Shown: positions 39,178 to 46,794 of the stretch, in pieces
Layout: each line of letters begins with the position of its first letter
How positions within the stretch are numbered: the stretch's first letter is position 1
Origin: Candidatus Cloacimonadota bacterium
Lineage (GTDB): Bacteria > Cloacimonadota > Cloacimonadia > Cloacimonadales > DAONDQ01
Reading direction: 5' to 3'
NCBI GenBank assembly: GCA_035402645.1
Contig: DAONDQ010000003.1
Location: 2,682 to 66,681, forward strand
Length of the DNA stretch: 64,000 bases
Notes under the pieces: generated by a model
Databases searched by the model: none
Told to the model about the DNA's origin: nothing
What the model saw: the letters and a program-made list of their open reading frames with translations, nothing else
Translations under genes and position numbers: made by a program

Positions 39178-40581
39178 ATGAAAAGAATAGGCTTGCTATC
39201 CATCTTTCTTCTTTTGATCACCTTTTCCGCTTTTGCCCAAGCCAGGGCGTATTATCAGAAAGTTGAAGCCCAGGATGGCTCTGACATACTATCTCTCGTT
39301 ACTGGCACAGGTGCATCCTATACGGCTCCGAATTATACAATAATGGCAATGATCCTAGAAGTACCCACCGAATACCTGGTGACAGGAATTACCCCCACTA
39401 CTTCTCTCCGGTTGGTGAAAGTTGGGAATGGCTCCACAGTTCCCTATTATGCAGCCGTCTATGTCCAATTGGGTTCTTTCCCCACACAATGGGTTGCTGG
39501 TGAAACACTTCATATTATGGTGACCAAAACAGATGTTGCTCCTGTGCAGACCGTCTCCTGGGATTATGTGATACCCGCTGGAACCTCCACCATTAATATT
39601 CTTGATCCGGTTCAGTATATTCCGCCGCTGGGTACTGAAAATCAGGCTGTCATTTCATCATTCGGTGCTACACCAACAGCACAGATGTTTGTGAATTTAG
39701 AATGGTCGTCAGAAATTGAATCCAATTTAATTGGTTATAATATCTATCGTTCAGATGATAACAATCTGGGAAATACGGTTCTGATCAATGAAAGTATCAT
39801 TCCGGGGACCAACACATCAAGCCCTCATAATTATACATTTGAGGATGTAACGACACTCCCGTCAACCACTTACTATTATTGGTTGGGGATGTTGTATATG
39901 GACGGCTCAACAGAACATAGTGATTATATTACAGTCACCACTGATCCAATAGGAGCCATCCCAAATTTAGTTTCCTTCACATTGGAACCTTCTACGCACG
40001 ATATACTTGAATTTGTGGAAATAACCTGGACAACAAGTTCAGAAACAGATGTATTTAGATATCGTATCTATTGGAGAAATGAACTTGAAAACATGCAATA
40101 TCACCTACTCAATATGGAATCAATTATGGGAACAAATACATCCTCTGAGCATACATACTCTTATGTGCAGCAGGTTTTTGAAACCAATCTGTGGTATTAT
40201 TATTATATAGAAATGGAGAAAACCGATGGCTCCCTGTACCGAAGCCAAACCGATTCCATCTGGGTCTTTGAAATCAGCAATCCAGACGTACCCGAACCGA
40301 TACCTGTCACAAACATTGATTGTATCTACCCGAATCCCTTTAATAACAACGGTAATGTCAACTTCAATATCAGTGTGAAGCAGGGGGAAACTGCCACACT
40401 TTCCATCTATAATGTACTGGGACAACAGATCAGGAAATATGATGTTCAAACTGGGGCGAACCAGGTTCTTTACTGGGATGGGAAGGATAGTCATGGCATT
40501 TCCTGTGGTAGTGGTATCTATTTCTGCAAGTTGAGTTCACCCACTTCAACATCAACAAGGAAAATTGTTATGATGAAGTAG
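39178..40581 (+). CDS. secreted protein with two FN3-like modules and T9SS sorting domain
   Basis: Signal peptide MKRIGLLSIFLLLITFSAFA. Internal duplication: LIGYNIYRSDD...GTNTSSPHNYTFEDV...YYYW against VFRYRIYWRNE...GTNTSSEHTYSYVQQ...YYYYI. The CTD CIYPNPFNNNG...GIYFCKL...RKIVMMK starts near 40321. Confidence 0.8.
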   Translation: MKRIGLLSIFLLLITFSAFAQARAYYQKVEAQDGSDILSLVTGTGASYTAPNYTIMAMILEVPTEYLVTGITPTTSLRLVKVGNGSTVPYYAAVYVQLGSFPTQWVAGETLHIMVTKTDVAPVQTVSWDYVIPAGTSTINILDPVQYIPPLGTENQAVISSFGATPTAQMFVNLEWSSEIESNLIGYNIYRSDDNNLGNTVLINESIIPGTNTSSPHNYTFEDVTTLPSTTYYYWLGMLYMDGSTEHSDYITVTTDPIGAIPNLVSFTLEPSTHDILEFVEITWTTSSETDVFRYRIYWRNELENMQYHLLNMESIMGTNTSSEHTYSYVQQVFETNLWYYYYIEMEKTDGSLYRSQTDSIWVFEISNPDVPEPIPVTNIDCIYPNPFNNNGNVNFNISVKQGETATLSIYNVLGQQIRKYDVQTGANQVLYWDGKDSHGISCGSGIYFCKLSSPTSTSTRKIVMMK

Positions 40582-40590
40582 GGGGCACAA

Positions 40591-40700
40591 TGCGTTGTTC
40601 CCGAAAAAGATGAAATGGAAACCAATGTCCTGGAGGTGTGTATTTCTATAGGTTAGACTCGGGGAAGTTCCATATCACAAAGAAATTAGTCGTGTTATAA
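40591..40700 (+). pseudogene. relic of the last ~36 codons of a T9SS sorting domain, in frame with and 9 nt after the TAG stop of the preceding gene
   Basis: It translates as CVVPEKDEMENQCPGGVYFYRLDSGKFHITKKLVVL-stop (TAA at 40698-40700). This matches the ...WDGKD..G..V.SGVYFYRL.....TKKMVLLK tail of the other CTDs. No start codon or upstream domain is present. Confidence 0.7.
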
Positions 40701-40874
40701 AAGCACGAAAAGCCAACTTCACTGCAACCTGCAACCAGTTATCTGGTAACAGTCACTTTTTCATTACTCCTTTTTTCTTGCCAAATTCATCACAATACTA
40801 AAAAAGAGAAAATCCTATATGCTTAATATGGGGTAATTTGTTGAAAAAATAGATAAATACAGTAAGCAGGCAAC

Positions 40875-41873
40875 ATGAACCGTTTTGATCTCAGTAACAA
40901 TCGAAAGCAATCTTTGGCGGATATTCCCGAAAGCAGTGGAGTCTTCTTTTTCTCTGATGGCACGAACATCCTCTATGCAGGAAAAACGGGTAATCTGAAG
41001 CGAATCATATCGCAATTCCTTTATTCCAAGGATCCGGAACCGAAGGTCAAGGCGATGGTCGAGTCAGCCAAAGTGTTGGAATGGGAAACAAAGGATTCAC
41101 TGTTGGAATGCCTTTTATGGCAGAAGCGTGTGTTTTCAAGCACCACGCCTCTGATGCAGAGCAGGATCAGGCCATATGATGATTACTGCTATCTTGCGAT
41201 CAAATTCGAAGAAGCACCTTTTCTCTGCATCAGTGAAAATACCGGAACTGCCGATTGCTATATTGGTCCGTTCAGGGATCGTTTCTTTCTGTATGACCTC
41301 ATGGAGATCATATCGGAGATCCTTCATCTTCCCATCTGTCCGCAGAATGAATATCCCTGTGAACGTATGCATAATGATCAGTGCCAGGGATTTTGCCTGC
41401 AAAATGACAATACAAAGTTGAATCACCTCATTCGGCAAACATATCTGATCCCTACCCCAATACTTGTTCAATCTCTGAAAACCAAGTATGAAAAGCACTA
41501 TGATGATTTGGAGTTTGAAGAAGCTGACCGCATTCAATGGAAGATGGTTCAATTACGTAAGTACTACGATTATCTGAAATTCTTCTATACAGCCAAGAAA
41601 ATGAACTTCATCCTTTCTGATGCAGGCGGTGCCTATCAGGTCGAGAATGGGCTCCTTACTTCCTATACAGGGAAGGAAGGGCAAGAAGAGAAGTTTGTCG
41701 TCCCACAGGAGATTCCCTATCACGATTCTGAATATCTGGCAATCGATAAGGAACAACTCGATGAAATGTGGATATTATACCAGCATGCCAATCTCAGAAA
41801 ACCTGAGTTACTCGAAGAGATCTATGCAAAATCCCTTGAAGAAGGGCTGAAATTACTAAGCAAGAATCATTAG
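40875..41873 (+). CDS. Cho-like excinuclease (N-terminal half of UvrC: GIY-YIG + Cys-rich region + UVR motif)
   Basis: GIY-YIG type SGVFFFSDGTNILYAGKTGNLKRIISQF. Cys cluster CPQNEYPCERMHNDQCQGFC. UVR-like DDLEFEEADRIQWKMVQLRKY. It lacks the C-terminal RNase-H-like/HhH half of UvrC. Confidence 0.6.
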   Translation: MNRFDLSNNRKQSLADIPESSGVFFFSDGTNILYAGKTGNLKRIISQFLYSKDPEPKVKAMVESAKVLEWETKDSLLECLLWQKRVFSSTTPLMQSRIRPYDDYCYLAIKFEEAPFLCISENTGTADCYIGPFRDRFFLYDLMEIISEILHLPICPQNEYPCERMHNDQCQGFCLQNDNTKLNHLIRQTYLIPTPILVQSLKTKYEKHYDDLEFEEADRIQWKMVQLRKYYDYLKFFYTAKKMNFILSDAGGAYQVENGLLTSYTGKEGQEEKFVVPQEIPYHDSEYLAIDKEQLDEMWILYQHANLRKPELLEEIYAKSLEEGLKLLSKNH

Positions 41874-41887
41874 ATAAAGGAGTGATC

Positions 41888-42772
41888 ATGAGTCAGACAA
41901 TGGCAGAACTTCCCGTTGTAAAAGCAACCTACAATGGCAAAGTGCGTGACATCTATGACCTTGGAGATACTTTATTGATCGTCACATCCGACCGTATTTC
42001 CGCTTTTGATGTGGTATTTCCCAATCCCATACCGGAAAAGGGGAAGATCCTGAACCAGATATCCGTGTTCTTCTTCAAGGCGACACAGGATATCGTGAAG
42101 AATCATTTCATCACCGATCGTGTGGAAGAATATCCTGCTGAATTCCTGCCTTTCAAGAGTGAATTGGAAGGAAGAAGTATGCTGGTGAAAAAGACTCGTG
42201 TCATTCCATTCGAATGCATCGTACGTGGTTATATCAGCGGTTCAGCCTGGCAGGAATATCAAAAATTCAGTACGGTCAGCAACATGATCATGCCTGATGG
42301 TTTAAAGGAAAGCCAGAAATTCCCGAATCCGCTGTTTACACCCTCCACCAAGTCAAGTGACGGTCATGACGAGAACATATCCTATCATGAGATGCTGACC
42401 CGAATTGATGAACTGATTGCGGAAAAGCTGAAGGATACATCGATTGCTCTTTACAAGTTTGCGCATGACTACCTGAAAGAGAAGGACATCATACTCGCTG
42501 ATACAAAATTCGAGTTTGGGACCATTGGTTCAGAAATATATCTGATAGACGAAATCTGCACACCTGATTCTTCGAGGTTCTGGGATGTGCAGGAATATCT
42601 TGTCGGTACATCACCGAAGAGTTTCGATAAGCAATATCTTCGTGATTATGTAACAAGCATTGGATGGGATAAGGAACCGCCTGCACCTGAATTACCTGGA
42701 GAAGTGGTGAAGGCAACTCTGGAAAAATACAAGGAAGCCTATCGCCGTATTACAGGAGATAATAAATTCTGA
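41888..42772 (+). CDS. purC: phosphoribosylaminoimidazole-succinocarboxamide (SAICAR) synthase
   Basis: YNGKVRDIYDLGDTLLIVTSDRISAFD, VKKTRVIPFECIVRGY and LADTKFEFG. AAGGAG lies 5 nt before ATG 41888. The GTG at 41882 in the track is less likely. Confidence 0.93.
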   Translation: MSQTMAELPVVKATYNGKVRDIYDLGDTLLIVTSDRISAFDVVFPNPIPEKGKILNQISVFFFKATQDIVKNHFITDRVEEYPAEFLPFKSELEGRSMLVKKTRVIPFECIVRGYISGSAWQEYQKFSTVSNMIMPDGLKESQKFPNPLFTPSTKSSDGHDENISYHEMLTRIDELIAEKLKDTSIALYKFAHDYLKEKDIILADTKFEFGTIGSEIYLIDEICTPDSSRFWDVQEYLVGTSPKSFDKQYLRDYVTSIGWDKEPPAPELPGEVVKATLEKYKEAYRRITGDNKF

Positions 42773-43164
42773 TGAAATATCATATTGTAATCGTAGATGA
42801 TGAACTTGATCTGATAAAAAACCTGAAGTATGAATTGGAGGATTTCTCCAAAGACCTGCAAGTGACGTATTTTACTTCCGGATATGAAGCATTGAATCTT
42901 GTGAGGCAGGAACATGTCGATTTGGTGCTATCGGATATCGCCATGCCGGATATGGATGGTTTTGAGTTATATTCAAGAGTGAAGGAACAGGATGAGACGA
43001 TTCCCGTGGTTCTCATGACGGGATTTGGATATGATCCGAATCATGTGGTGGTCAGAACCAAGCAAAAGGGACCTGTAGATATCGTTCCCAAGCCTTTCGA
43101 AACTGAAAAACTGGGAAGTTTGCTTCTCAAGCGTTTACAGGATCATCCTCCGAAGGAAGAATAA
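42772..43164 (+). CDS. stand-alone response-regulator receiver domain (CheY-like)
   Basis: IVIVDDE, DLVLSDIAMPDMDGFEL, VVLMTG and PKPF supply the Asp pocket, phospho-acceptor Asp, Thr and Lys positions. 1-nt overlap (TGATG) with purC. Confidence 0.85.
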   Translation: MKYHIVIVDDELDLIKNLKYELEDFSKDLQVTYFTSGYEALNLVRQEHVDLVLSDIAMPDMDGFELYSRVKEQDETIPVVLMTGFGYDPNHVVVRTKQKGPVDIVPKPFETEKLGSLLLKRLQDHPPKEE

Positions 43165-43221
43165 TTACATGGATAAACCGATTCCGTTGTTCATCATCAT
43201 ACGGAATTTGGATGATTTCAA

Positions 43222-44154
43222 ATGAAATCCAGATTATTACTCTCCCTCCTGCTCGTTATCCTATTCTGTACTTCCATTCATGCTGTTCAATTCCAGGAAG
43301 TGAAGGGGACAAACCTCAATTTCTTCTGTGAAAACAGAGATGCCAAATACGCACAATTCCTTCTGAAAAGGGTCGATGAAAGGATCAGTAATTTTCAGGA
43401 AGATGTTGGTTTCTATCCAGATAAGGCACTGACCATCGTGATTGCACCTGATAAAAAATTCTATGATCAAATTGCGCAGGAATTAGGTCCCATTGGAGAA
43501 CAGAGCCAGGCGTTATTCACTTCCGGACACAATGTAGTCTATATCAGGAGTCCAAGAGACGGTACTGCTTTCCAGGGGATTGAAGATACCATTCTGCATG
43601 AATACATCCATTATTTTGTAAGTATGAGTTATCGGGATGCTCCTTTGTGGTTCCATGAAGGGATGGCGGTTTATTTTTCTGGGCAATACAATTGGGAAAT
43701 GGGATACACTCTGGCAAAAACATACATGATGGGCTCGGAAATGCCATTAGCCGAAATGACAAGATATCCGGAGAATCGGCTCGAGTGGTCAGCTTTCTAT
43801 GCCAAGTCGGCAATGGCAGTTCGATATCTTTCCATGCAGCATAAAGACCAATTTTCCAGGTTCTGGCATTATTCAGAAAAGACCCATTCATTCCAAACTG
43901 CCTTCTACCAGGCATTCTATCAAACTTTCAATGGCTTCTGCGCAGAAGCGGATGATGCAATCAAGAGAGAGATGATCGGATATATGATCCTTGTCATTTC
44001 AGGTTTGATCTGGGGTCTTCTCCCAATTGTTCTGATCTTTGGATATTTCCGTAAAAGACCTCATAAAACATCCGAAGATGATGAGTTTGAAAAGGAAGCG
44101 ATCGAAAAAGGTGAGGATTATTGGAATAGCGATGACGAGGAAGATAAAAATTAA
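43222..44154 (+). CDS. peptidase-MA-like (HEXXH) protein with signal peptide and C-terminal TM anchor
   Basis: ILHEYIHYF plus WFHEGMAVYF (gluzincin-like third ligand). TM helix MILVISGLIWGLLPIVLIFGYF followed by an acidic tail. Confidence 0.6.
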   Translation: MKSRLLLSLLLVILFCTSIHAVQFQEVKGTNLNFFCENRDAKYAQFLLKRVDERISNFQEDVGFYPDKALTIVIAPDKKFYDQIAQELGPIGEQSQALFTSGHNVVYIRSPRDGTAFQGIEDTILHEYIHYFVSMSYRDAPLWFHEGMAVYFSGQYNWEMGYTLAKTYMMGSEMPLAEMTRYPENRLEWSAFYAKSAMAVRYLSMQHKDQFSRFWHYSEKTHSFQTAFYQAFYQTFNGFCAEADDAIKREMIGYMILVISGLIWGLLPIVLIFGYFRKRPHKTSEDDEFEKEAIEKGEDYWNSDDEEDKN

Positions 44155-44156
44155 AA

Positions 44157-44191
44157 CATTGGGGTTATGGGCTAAGCCCATAACCCCAATG
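44157..44191. terminator. bidirectional terminator between convergent operons
   Basis: Perfect 16-bp stem CATTGGGGTTATGGGC-TAA-GCCCATAACCCCAATG. It is flanked by A-rich sequence (AAAAATTAAAA) on the left and T-rich sequence (CTTTATTATT) on the right. Confidence 0.85.
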
Positions 44192-44196
44192 CTTTA

Positions 44197-46677
44197 TTAT
44201 TCTGCCAATATCTTCTCGATAAGTGCCACCATTTCATCCGGAATAACAGGTTTCATGAGCATTTTACGGATACCGAGGATGCTGGCGCGTTCCTTGGTTG
44301 CCTGATCGCCAAACCCGCTGCACAGGATAATTGGAATATCGGGACGAATGGCAAGTATCTCCTGGGCAAGTTGGATACCCGTCATTCGAGGCATGGTAAG
44401 GTCAGTGATGATCATATCAAAACGGTTGGGGTCTTTATGGAATAATTCCAAGGCGGAGTATCCACTCATGACCGCTTCCACATTATATCCGAAATAAGAT
44501 AGGGACTCCTGGTACATCTCCGCAAGTGATTCTTCATCATCGACAAACAGGATACGGGCAGAACCGCGCTTGGGGATGAATTCACCTTCAGGTTTCTCTT
44601 CCGGTATGGAATCGAGTGATGGAAGATAAATATCAAAGACCGTTCCTTCACCTTCCTTTGAATCAAAACGAATGATGCCATTATATGACTGCACAATGCC
44701 CTGTACAATGGCAAGACCCATGCCTGTACCTTCACCCTTTGCCTTGGTGGTAAAATATGGATCGAATATTCTATCCCTGATGCTGGGACTGATTCCCACA
44801 CCATTATCCTGGATGGTCAGTTTCACATAATGATCATATGTGAAGGGAATGTGTTTACGCTGGAGTTCCTTGCGTGTGACATCTTCCAGATTAACGGTCA
44901 GTATTCCCCCGTTTGTACGCATGGCATGATAAGCATTGGTACATAGATTGATTATGACCTGCTGGATCTGGGTCGAATCGGCAGCGATCATTCGATTGCT
45001 CTTAATATCAGTTTGAATTTCAATGGTCTGGGGTATGGAAGCACGAAGCAACTTCAGGGATTCATTCAAAACCTGCTGAATCGAGATTGGTTTGCTTTCC
45101 TGTTCAGAAGGACGGCTATAGGCAAGGATTCTTTGGATCAGGTCACGTGCCCGATAACTTGCCTTGATCGCTTCATTCAGATCAATGGCAGCCTTACTTT
45201 CCGGATGCACTTCATTCTTCACGAGAAGCATGTATCCGAGAATCACAGCAAGGATATTATTGAAATCGTGGGCGATACCACCTGCGAGCGTGCCCACGGC
45301 TTCCATCTTTTGTGCCTGGCGAAGCTGGAATTCAAGATTCTTCTTATCTGTAATGTCATGCCCCATTGCAAGCAGACATTCATTGTCATCAATGTTGATA
45401 ATGTCGATAGCGAGCAGGAGGGTGAATATCTCACCGGTCTTTTTATGGAATTTCAATTCAAAATTGGTATACTTTCCTTTCCCCATCAGATGCTTCTTGA
45501 TTCGAGCAACATCATCGATCGTGTCCCATATGCGCATACTGACTGTTGATTTCCCAATCGCTTCATCACGTGAGAAACCAAAGGCGCTGGTGAAGGCATC
45601 GTTCACTTCAATCAGTGTATCATCATCGAGAGTCGAAATAAAGATTATATCGGGACTGCTCTGGAATATCTTGGAAAAACGGATTTCACTTTTCTTCCGT
45701 TCAGCAATCTCATCGACGAGTTGTCGTCTCTGTGATACAGATTTGCTGATAAGCCTGGATATTTCTCCAAACTCCGTCTGTGAACTGAATAGGGTTTCCA
45801 GGATATCGGGATCATCCTGCTTCAGGCTCTTGGATATCAGGTGCAGAGGATGATGGATCCAACGGAATACGACATAATAGAACAGGATCAGGAAGAGGAA
45901 AGTCACGAATACGAACCAAATCATGGTTTTATTGCTCATTTGACGGGCAGACAAAAGGAATTTATTGTTATCCAGGAACTCGATCTGTGCTACGTCTCTT
46001 CCATTGTAATCACGAACGAACTTCGTGATGTTCACATTGTAACCGGGTTCCCTGATATTCTGCTGTTTCAGGACGATATGCCGAATAATGATCTTGTATT
46101 TTGTCTGTGCTTCCAAGACACTCAGATAATTGGTATTCCATACCGTACCAACCAGAAGAAAACCCCGGGGGGGAGTATTTTCCAGTCTTTCGTTTGAAGG
46201 ATGAATGGGAGCTCCATTGATTTCAAGAACTTCCTTATTCTGATAAAGATGAAAATTGAAGTATTTCTGATCCTCATAGGTTAACAATACTGAATCCGGC
46301 ATATCCGGAATCAGGATTTGCATGGAAGGTTTGGCAGCATAAGAATATACGAGATGTCCTGCCTGGTCATAGATCCAGGCAAAGTCATAATCATTGGAAA
46401 GGAGCATGGGACTGACAATATGATCAATCTCGCTTGAATTGGGATTCTTGGCAAAACGTACCATGACATCGAGATTTGCATAATCACCCAGTACTTTCTG
46501 ATTCCTTTCTTCCTTCAGATTCAATATATTTTCGATGATGATATTTCGCTGTTGCTGGTCAGATTGAAGGAATAGGCTGTTTTCTTTTTCTATTGTATAA
46601 ATAAAGAAATAGATGAATGAAGAAAATATCAGGATCATAAACAAATACAGGACCATGAGCTTTGTCGAGGCTTTCAT
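44197..46677 (-). CDS. hybrid sensor histidine kinase (2 TM + extracytoplasmic domain, PAS, HisKA, HATPase_c, receiver)
   Basis: H-box GGIAHDFNNIL, N-box NLCTNAYHAM and G-box GEGTGMGLAIV. C-terminal receiver ILFVDDE...MIITDLTMPRMTG...MKP. AAGGAG lies 6 nt before ATG 46677, so the track start 46698 is rejected. Confidence 0.9.
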   Translation of the reverse strand: MKASTKLMVLYLFMILIFSSFIYFFIYTIEKENSLFLQSDQQQRNIIIENILNLKEERNQKVLGDYANLDVMVRFAKNPNSSEIDHIVSPMLLSNDYDFAWIYDQAGHLVYSYAAKPSMQILIPDMPDSVLLTYEDQKYFNFHLYQNKEVLEINGAPIHPSNERLENTPPRGFLLVGTVWNTNYLSVLEAQTKYKIIIRHIVLKQQNIREPGYNVNITKFVRDYNGRDVAQIEFLDNNKFLLSARQMSNKTMIWFVFVTFLFLILFYYVVFRWIHHPLHLISKSLKQDDPDILETLFSSQTEFGEISRLISKSVSQRRQLVDEIAERKKSEIRFSKIFQSSPDIIFISTLDDDTLIEVNDAFTSAFGFSRDEAIGKSTVSMRIWDTIDDVARIKKHLMGKGKYTNFELKFHKKTGEIFTLLLAIDIINIDDNECLLAMGHDITDKKNLEFQLRQAQKMEAVGTLAGGIAHDFNNILAVILGYMLLVKNEVHPESKAAIDLNEAIKASYRARDLIQRILAYSRPSEQESKPISIQQVLNESLKLLRASIPQTIEIQTDIKSNRMIAADSTQIQQVIINLCTNAYHAMRTNGGILTVNLEDVTRKELQRKHIPFTYDHYVKLTIQDNGVGISPSIRDRIFDPYFTTKAKGEGTGMGLAIVQGIVQSYNGIIRFDSKEGEGTVFDIYLPSLDSIPEEKPEGEFIPKRGSARILFVDDEESLAEMYQESLSYFGYNVEAVMSGYSALELFHKDPNRFDMIITDLTMPRMTGIQLAQEILAIRPDIPIILCSGFGDQATKERASILGIRKMLMKPVIPDEMVALIEKILAE

Positions 46678-46733
46678 GAATACTCCTTCCATTTTCATGC
46701 TGACTTTACATACTCGATATAGCTCGAAATGGT

Positions 46734-46778
46734 CAAGAAAATAAAAAACCGCTCATCCCAATCAAGGAATGAGCGGTT
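46734..46778 (-). terminator. rho-independent terminator of the metallophosphoesterase gene
   Basis: The minus strand reads AACCGCTCAT-TCCTTGATTGGG-ATGAGCGGTT followed by TTTTATTTTCTTG. A TTGACC (candidate promoter of the kinase gene) immediately follows. Confidence 0.8.
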
Positions 46779-46794
46779 AAACTGAACGATTTGA

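Noticed and set aside
40701-40874. CTGCAAC-CTGCAAC tandem duplication and nearby sequence, considered as another heptamer array or terminator after the CTD relic.
   Set aside because: There are only two units, no clear stem-loop and no T-tract. This is too little to call.
45164-45853. Long antisense ORFs in the track. Examples: 229 aa at 45164..45853, 178 aa at 45013..45549, 179 aa at 37463..38002, 173 aa at 19781..20302, 171 aa at 50087..50602, and 155 aa at 24138..24605.
   Set aside because: Each lies entirely inside, and antisense to, a gene with strong family motifs: the histidine kinase, the MutS-like gene, the nuclease, gap and atpD. They have no SD-start context and low-complexity, Ser/Arg/Cys-rich translations typical of shadow ORFs.
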